Shown here one piece after another: positions 29,921 through 34,237 of a stretch of 34,237 nt of DNA. Below the pieces are notes generated by a model that was not told the origin of the DNA, made no database searches, and saw only the letters and a list, made by a program, of their open reading frames with translations. The position numbers and the translations under genes are program-made. Source of the stretch: Actinomycetota bacterium (GTDB lineage: Bacteria; Actinomycetota; Actinomycetes; Actinomycetales; Microbacteriaceae). The stretch lies in the NCBI GenBank assembly GCA_046049745.1, contig JBJOQU010000136.1, positions 1 through 34,237 of the forward strand. The letters run 5' to 3'. Numbering within the stretch: the stretch's first letter is position 1; every line of letters begins with the position of its first letter.

Positions 29921-31119
29921 TGTCCCTGCGTGACGAAACCGGTCCTTACTTCGGCGAATTTGGCGGGCGTTTCGTCCCCGAATCTCTCATCAAAGCGCTG
30001 GACGAGCTCGATGCCGCATACCTTGCCGCGAAAGACGACCCAACCTTCCAGGCAGAGCTCACCGAGTTGCACCGCTCGTACACCGGACGACCATCGCTCC
30101 TGACCGAGGTACCGCGCTTTGCCGCAATTGCTGGCGGCGCGCGAATCATCCTCAAGCGCGAGGATCTCAACCACACGGGCTCGCACAAAATCAATAACGT
30201 TCTCGGTCAGGCACTTCTGGCTAAGCGACTGGGGAAAACGAGACTCATCGCTGAGACGGGTGCGGGTCAACACGGTGTTGCCACGGCAACGGCTGCTGCT
30301 CTGTTCGGTATGGAGTGTGTCGTGTACATGGGCGAGGTCGACACCGAGCGGCAGGCGCTGAACGTTGCACGTATGAATCTGCTCGGCGCGACAGTAGTTC
30401 CCGTCACACACGGATCTCGCACTCTGAAGGACGCGATCAACGAGGCGATGCGCGACTGGGTCACCAATGTCGACTCGACTCACTACCTGCTCGGTACGGT
30501 CGCCGGCCCTCACCCGTTCCCCGTCATGGTTCGCGATTTCCACTCGATCATCGGTAACGAGGCCCGCGAGCAGCTCTTGGCGACCGAAGGCAGGCTCCCG
30601 ACCGCTGTGGTTGCGTGTGTTGGCGGAGGGTCGAACGCTATTGGCATCTTCCACGCCTTCCTCGACGACGACGTACGCCTCATCGGATATGAAGCAGCCG
30701 GCGACGGCATCGACACACCGCGTCACGCGGCGACCCTGGAACGTGGCCGGCCCGGGGTTCTCCACGGAGCAAAGACCTACGTTTTGCAGGACGAAGACGG
30801 ACAGACCATCGAATCACACTCGATCTCTGCAGGTCTCGATTACCCGGGGGTTGGACCTGAACACGCATGGTTGCGGGATTCTGGTCGAGCGGAATACCGC
30901 GGCATCACAGACGACGAGGCAATGCAAGCGCTGCTGAGTCTTTCGCGCACCGAAGGAATCATCCCCGCGATTGAGACTGCACACGCTCTCGCCGGCGCAC
31001 TGCAACTCGCCGCCACAATGGCCCCTGACGACATCATTCTCATCAATAACTCGGGGCGCGGGGACAAGGACATGGAAACCGCCGGCCGCTACTTCGGGTT
31101 CCTGAAGGACGGTCGTTGA
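29920..31119 (+). CDS. trpB: Tryptophan synthase beta chain
   Basis: [11 protein letters not shown] lysine in [45 protein letters not shown]. Confidence 0.99.
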   Translation: MSLRDETGPYFGEFGGRFVPESLIKALDELDAAYLAAKDDPTFQAELTELHRSYTGRPSLLTEVPRFAAIAGGARIILKREDLNHTGSHKINNVLGQALLAKRLGKTRLIAETGAGQHGVATATAAALFGMECVVYMGEVDTERQALNVARMNLLGATVVPVTHGSRTLKDAINEAMRDWVTNVDSTHYLLGTVAGPHPFPVMVRDFHSIIGNEAREQLLATEGRLPTAVVACVGGGSNAIGIFHAFLDDDVRLIGYEAAGDGIDTPRHAATLERGRPGVLHGAKTYVLQDEDGQTIESHSISAGLDYPGVGPEHAWLRDSGRAEYRGITDDEAMQALLSLSRTEGIIPAIETAHALAGALQLAATMAPDDIILINNSGRGDKDMETAGRYFGFLKDGR

Positions 31120-31910
31120 TGTCACGCGTCACTGAGACCATCCGGGCCGCCGAATCACAGGGCAGGGGAGTTCTCGTCGGTTATTTGCCGGCTGGATTCC
31201 CTTCCGTTGAGGAATCAATCGAAGCTCTCGTTGCCCTTGCCGAGGGTGGTGCTGACATCATCGAACTGGGCATTCCGTACTCTGACCCCGTCATGGACGG
31301 CCTCGTCATCCAGCAGGCGACCAATCGCGCCTTAGAGAACGGCTTCCGCGTCAAGAACACCTTCGACATTATTCGCGGGGTAACCGCTCGAGTCGATGTT
31401 CCGATTCTGGTGATGACCTACTGGAACCCAGTCGTTCAATATGGGATTGAACGATTCGCATCAGATCTCGCAGCAGCCGGGGGAGCAGGGCTGATCACGC
31501 CCGACCTCATTCCCGACGAGGCAGCCGAGTGGGTTGTCGCATCTGACAAGCACGACCTCGACCGAGTTTTCCTCGCTGCGCCTTCCTCGACAGACGATCG
31601 CCTCCGTGCAACTGTCGACATATCTCGGGGATTTGTTTATGCGGTATCGACGATGGGTATCACCGGTGCGCGCGAAGACCTCGATGCGGCGGCCCGCACG
31701 CTTGTCGGTCGTCTTCGCGCCGTAGGAGCGAAGACTGTGTGCGTCGGCGTCGGTATTTCGACAGCCGACCAGGTTCACGACGTGTGCGGCTACGCGGACG
31801 GAGCAATTGTCGGCTCGCTTCTCGTCAAGACTCTGGATACCGATGGCGTCGACGGAGTTCGTCGTGTCACCGCCGCACTCGCTACCGGCACCATCAAGTC
31901 GAAGCCGTAG
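31119..31910 (+). CDS. trpA: Tryptophan synthase alpha chain
   Basis: IELGIPYSDPVMDG.VIQ, MTYWN, PDL, VS.MGITG, ADGAIVGS. Start ATG 31119 (TGATG overlap). Confidence 0.98.
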   Translation: MSRVTETIRAAESQGRGVLVGYLPAGFPSVEESIEALVALAEGGADIIELGIPYSDPVMDGLVIQQATNRALENGFRVKNTFDIIRGVTARVDVPILVMTYWNPVVQYGIERFASDLAAAGGAGLITPDLIPDEAAEWVVASDKHDLDRVFLAAPSSTDDRLRATVDISRGFVYAVSTMGITGAREDLDAAARTLVGRLRAVGAKTVCVGVGISTADQVHDVCGYADGAIVGSLLVKTLDTDGVDGVRRVTAALATGTIKSKP

Positions 31911-31936
31911 GCTAAGAATTCGTCGAAAGGACCCCC

Positions 31937-32932
31937 GTGATTCTCGCAAGTTTCCCCACACCGCCAGCGGAATGGCAGACATTCAACATCGGTGAAATTC
32001 TCCGCAACGCAGGAGCATCGTGGGCGACGTTCGACTTGACGATTCACGCCTACGCGCTCTGCATTCTCACGGGAATCATCGTCGCGCTGTTTATCACCAA
32101 CCGCCGACTCGTCGCTCGCGGAGTCGAACCGTGGCTTGTGCTTGACGTGATGTTGTTGGCTATTCCGTTGGGAATCGTCGGTGGGCGCGCGTATCACGTG
32201 TTGACGCACCCGAACGATTACTTCGCCGGACAGGACGTGATGACAGTGTTCTACGTCTGGCAGGGCGGAATGGCGATTTTCGGTGCTTTGATTCTCGGAG
32301 CCGCCGGGGCGTATATCGGGTCACGACTTGTCGGACTGCGATTCGCCACTTTGCTCGACGCTGTCGTCCCCGGTCTGCTCATTGCACAAGCATTCGGTCG
32401 TTTCGGCAACTGGTTCAACAACGAGCTCTTCGGAGTCCCCACCGATCTACCGTGGGGACTGCCGATTGACTCGACAAACCCTGCATACCCGATTGGGCTC
32501 GCGCCGGGAACGTTGTTCCACCCCGTCTTTATCTACGAAGCGATGTGGAACGTTCTCGGAGCGATTGTGATTGTTGCAATCGCTCGTCGTGCACACCTTC
32601 AGTGGGGTCGTCAATTCGGTCTTTATCTCATGTGGTACGGCGCCGGTCGTGTTGCGATTGAAACCATCCGTCTAGACCCCAGTGAGACTGTGTTCGGAAT
32701 TCGCGTCAATGTATGGGCATCCTTAGCCGCAATCGTTCTCGGTTTCGCCATCTGGTACATCCAAGGAAAACGCCACACGGGAGCAGAACCGAGTGCATAC
32801 GTCGAGGGTCGTGGCTGGAACGACCCGAAAACGGTAGACTCCAAGAACACCTACACCAAGGCTGAACTTGTCGACGGAGACGGATCGAGCCCAAAGCGCC
32901 GCGCCGCCACAAGCACCTCGCGAAAGCGCTAG
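31937..32932 (+). CDS. lgt: Prolipoprotein diacylglyceryl transferase
   Basis: AYALCI..G, GGRAYHV, WQGGMAIFG, GRFGNWFN.ELFG.PT.LPWG, HP.F.YE; multiple TM helices; SD GAAAGGA. Confidence 0.97.
   Translation: MILASFPTPPAEWQTFNIGEILRNAGASWATFDLTIHAYALCILTGIIVALFITNRRLVARGVEPWLVLDVMLLAIPLGIVGGRAYHVLTHPNDYFAGQDVMTVFYVWQGGMAIFGALILGAAGAYIGSRLVGLRFATLLDAVVPGLLIAQAFGRFGNWFNNELFGVPTDLPWGLPIDSTNPAYPIGLAPGTLFHPVFIYEAMWNVLGAIVIVAIARRAHLQWGRQFGLYLMWYGAGRVAIETIRLDPSETVFGIRVNVWASLAAIVLGFAIWYIQGKRHTGAEPSAYVEGRGWNDPKTVDSKNTYTKAELVDGDGSSPKRRAATSTSRKR
32835..32840 (+). promoter_or_regulatory. Putative -10 element (TAGACT) for gltB, inside the lgt tail
   Basis: GGTAGACT, a strong actinobacterial-type -10, in the low-constraint C-terminal tail of lgt, about 155 nt before the gltB ATG. 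Confidence 0.45.
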
Positions 32933-32993
32933 TTAGCACTTTTCCCCTATTCGCGGGCCGACGTCGTCCCATTGCCAGGAAGGACGTTGCCTC

Positions 32994-34237
32994 ATGGTGA
33001 GCCCTTTTAGTCGCTTTGGTTCGTTCCCCGAAAAGTCGGGGCTATACAACCCCGCTGACGAGAAAGACTCGTGCGGTTTCGCGATGGTCGCTACGACTCG
33101 CGGATTCGCCGGTCACGACATCATCGAAACGGCACTGTCGAGCCTCCGCAACCTCGAACACCGCGGTGCAGTCGGATCAGATGCCGGCACTGGTGACGGA
33201 GCCGGAATCCTCATCCAGATGCCAGATGCATTCTTCCGTGCGGTTCTCGGTTTTCATATCCCCGCCGTCGGACAGTACGCCGTCGGTATCGCCTTCTTGC
33301 CCCTCGACGAGGCACAGCGCTCGGCCGAAAAGGTGGCGATTGAAGGGATTGCCGAAAGCGAGGGTCTTTCTGTCCTCGGTTGGCGTGAAGTGCCGACTGT
33401 CCCTGAACACCTGGGTTCTCTGGCTCGCGAAGTTATGCCCGCCTTTGAACAGATCGTTGTCGCGGACGCTGACGGTACGGCTTCGGGTATCGAACTTGAC
33501 CGATTGACGTTCCGACTTCGCAAGCGGGCCGAGCGCGAATTGGGAACATATTTCCCCTCGCTATCAAGCCGCACAATCGTTTACAAGGGAATGGTCACCA
33601 CCCTTCAGCTGGAACCCTTCTTCCCCGACCTTTCGGACGTGCGTGTCGAGTCGACCCTGGCTCTTGTGCACTCTCGATTCTCAACGAACACCTTCCCGTC
33701 GTGGCCGTTGGCTCATCCGTTCCGGTTCATCGCCCACAATGGCGAAATCAACACGGTCCGCGCGAACCGAAACTGGATGCGCGCACGCCAATCGCAACTT
33801 GCGTCGCCGCTGCTCGGCGACCTCACGGCGCTGTTCCCGATCGTCACCGAGGACGGAAGTGACTCGGCGTCGTTTGACGAGGTTGTAGAGCTGCTCGAGC
33901 TTTCAGGTCGTTCTCTGCCACACGCCATCATGATGATGATCCCGGAAGCGTGGGAAAACGACCGTGCGATGGACACCAAACGTCGCGAGTTTTACCAGTA
34001 TCACTCGATGCTGATGGAACCCTGGGACGGTCCAGCAGCCCTGGCGTTCTCGGACGGGTCAATCGCCGGTGCGACCTTGGACCGCAACGGTCTTCGTCCT
34101 GGGCGTTTTCTTGTCACGGATGACGGTCTGGTCGTCATGGCTTCGGAAATCGGCGTCTATGACGTCGACCCGGCGAAGGTCGTCCGAAAAGGTCGCTTGC
34201 AGCCGGGTCGCATGTTCATCGTCGACACGGTGAACCA
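32994..34237 (+). CDS. gltB: Glutamate synthase large subunit (3'-truncated by window edge)
   Basis: Manual translation from ATG 32994: [34 protein letters not shown]...[19 protein letters not shown], later [55 protein letters not shown]. Missing from the ORF track because it has no stop in the window. Confidence 0.98.
   Translation, partial: MVSPFSRFGSFPEKSGLYNPADEKDSCGFAMVATTRGFAGHDIIETALSSLRNLEHRGAVGSDAGTGDGAGILIQMPDAFFRAVLGFHIPAVGQYAVGIAFLPLDEAQRSAEKVAIEGIAESEGLSVLGWREVPTVPEHLGSLAREVMPAFEQIVVADADGTASGIELDRLTFRLRKRAERELGTYFPSLSSRTIVYKGMVTTLQLEPFFPDLSDVRVESTLALVHSRFSTNTFPSWPLAHPFRFIAHNGEINTVRANRNWMRARQSQLASPLLGDLTALFPIVTEDGSDSASFDEVVELLELSGRSLPHAIMMMIPEAWENDRAMDTKRREFYQYHSMLMEPWDGPAALAFSDGSIAGATLDRNGLRPGRFLVTDDGLVVMASEIGVYDVDPAKVVRKGRLQPGRMFIVDTVN

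Noticed and set aside
29131-30765. 544-aa minus-strand ORF
   Set aside because: Antisense shadow of trpC/trpB; no recognisable motifs; long antisense frames are expected from GC-rich codon bias.
33016-33507. 163-aa + strand ORF at the window end
   Set aside because: Off-frame to gltB, which starts at 32994 and runs off the window.
1-34237. tRNA/rRNA, CRISPR array, IS/prophage, toxin-antitoxin or defence system
   Set aside because: No intergenic gap exceeds 68 nt, no repeat-spacer pattern, no integrase or transposase ORF, and no compositional break visible by eye. Every gene is housekeeping except the conserved HGxxPAAW protein.

Overview
Ordinary, highly syntenic core-genome segment of an actinobacterium, most consistent with a streamlined Microbacteriaceae lineage. 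This assignment is inferred from gene order, the mIHF-Gmk fusion and the HGxxPAAW gene; GC is roughly 60% by eye, not computed. All 36 CDS lie on the + strand: alaS(5'-partial)-ruvX-mltG-aroE-aroC-aroK-aroB-aroQ-efp-nusB-pyrR-pyrB-pyrC-carA-carB-pyrF-[mIHF-gmk]-rpoZ-coaBC-metK-priA-fmt-rsmB-rpe-FKBP-hisE-hisG-hisF-hisI-trpE-HGxxPAAW-trpC-trpB-trpA-lgt-gltB(3'-partial, absent from the ORF track). I see no RNA genes, mobile elements, CRISPR arrays, defence systems or pseudogenes, and no evidence of a new multi-gene system. Items worth a second look: (1) a nucleoid-protein (mIHF-like) domain fused to guanylate kinase and translationally coupled to the end of the pyr operon; (2) a structured, possibly switchable gltB leader with a putative promoter inside lgt; (3) a PyrR-binding RNA element that occludes the pyrR SD; (4) a recurring leaderless -10/6-nt/start architecture, sometimes built from the upstream stop codon; (5) a PriA lacking helicase motifs; (6) an EF-P with a PGKGG rather than PGKGP loop; (7) extreme compaction with absence of usual neighbour genes.
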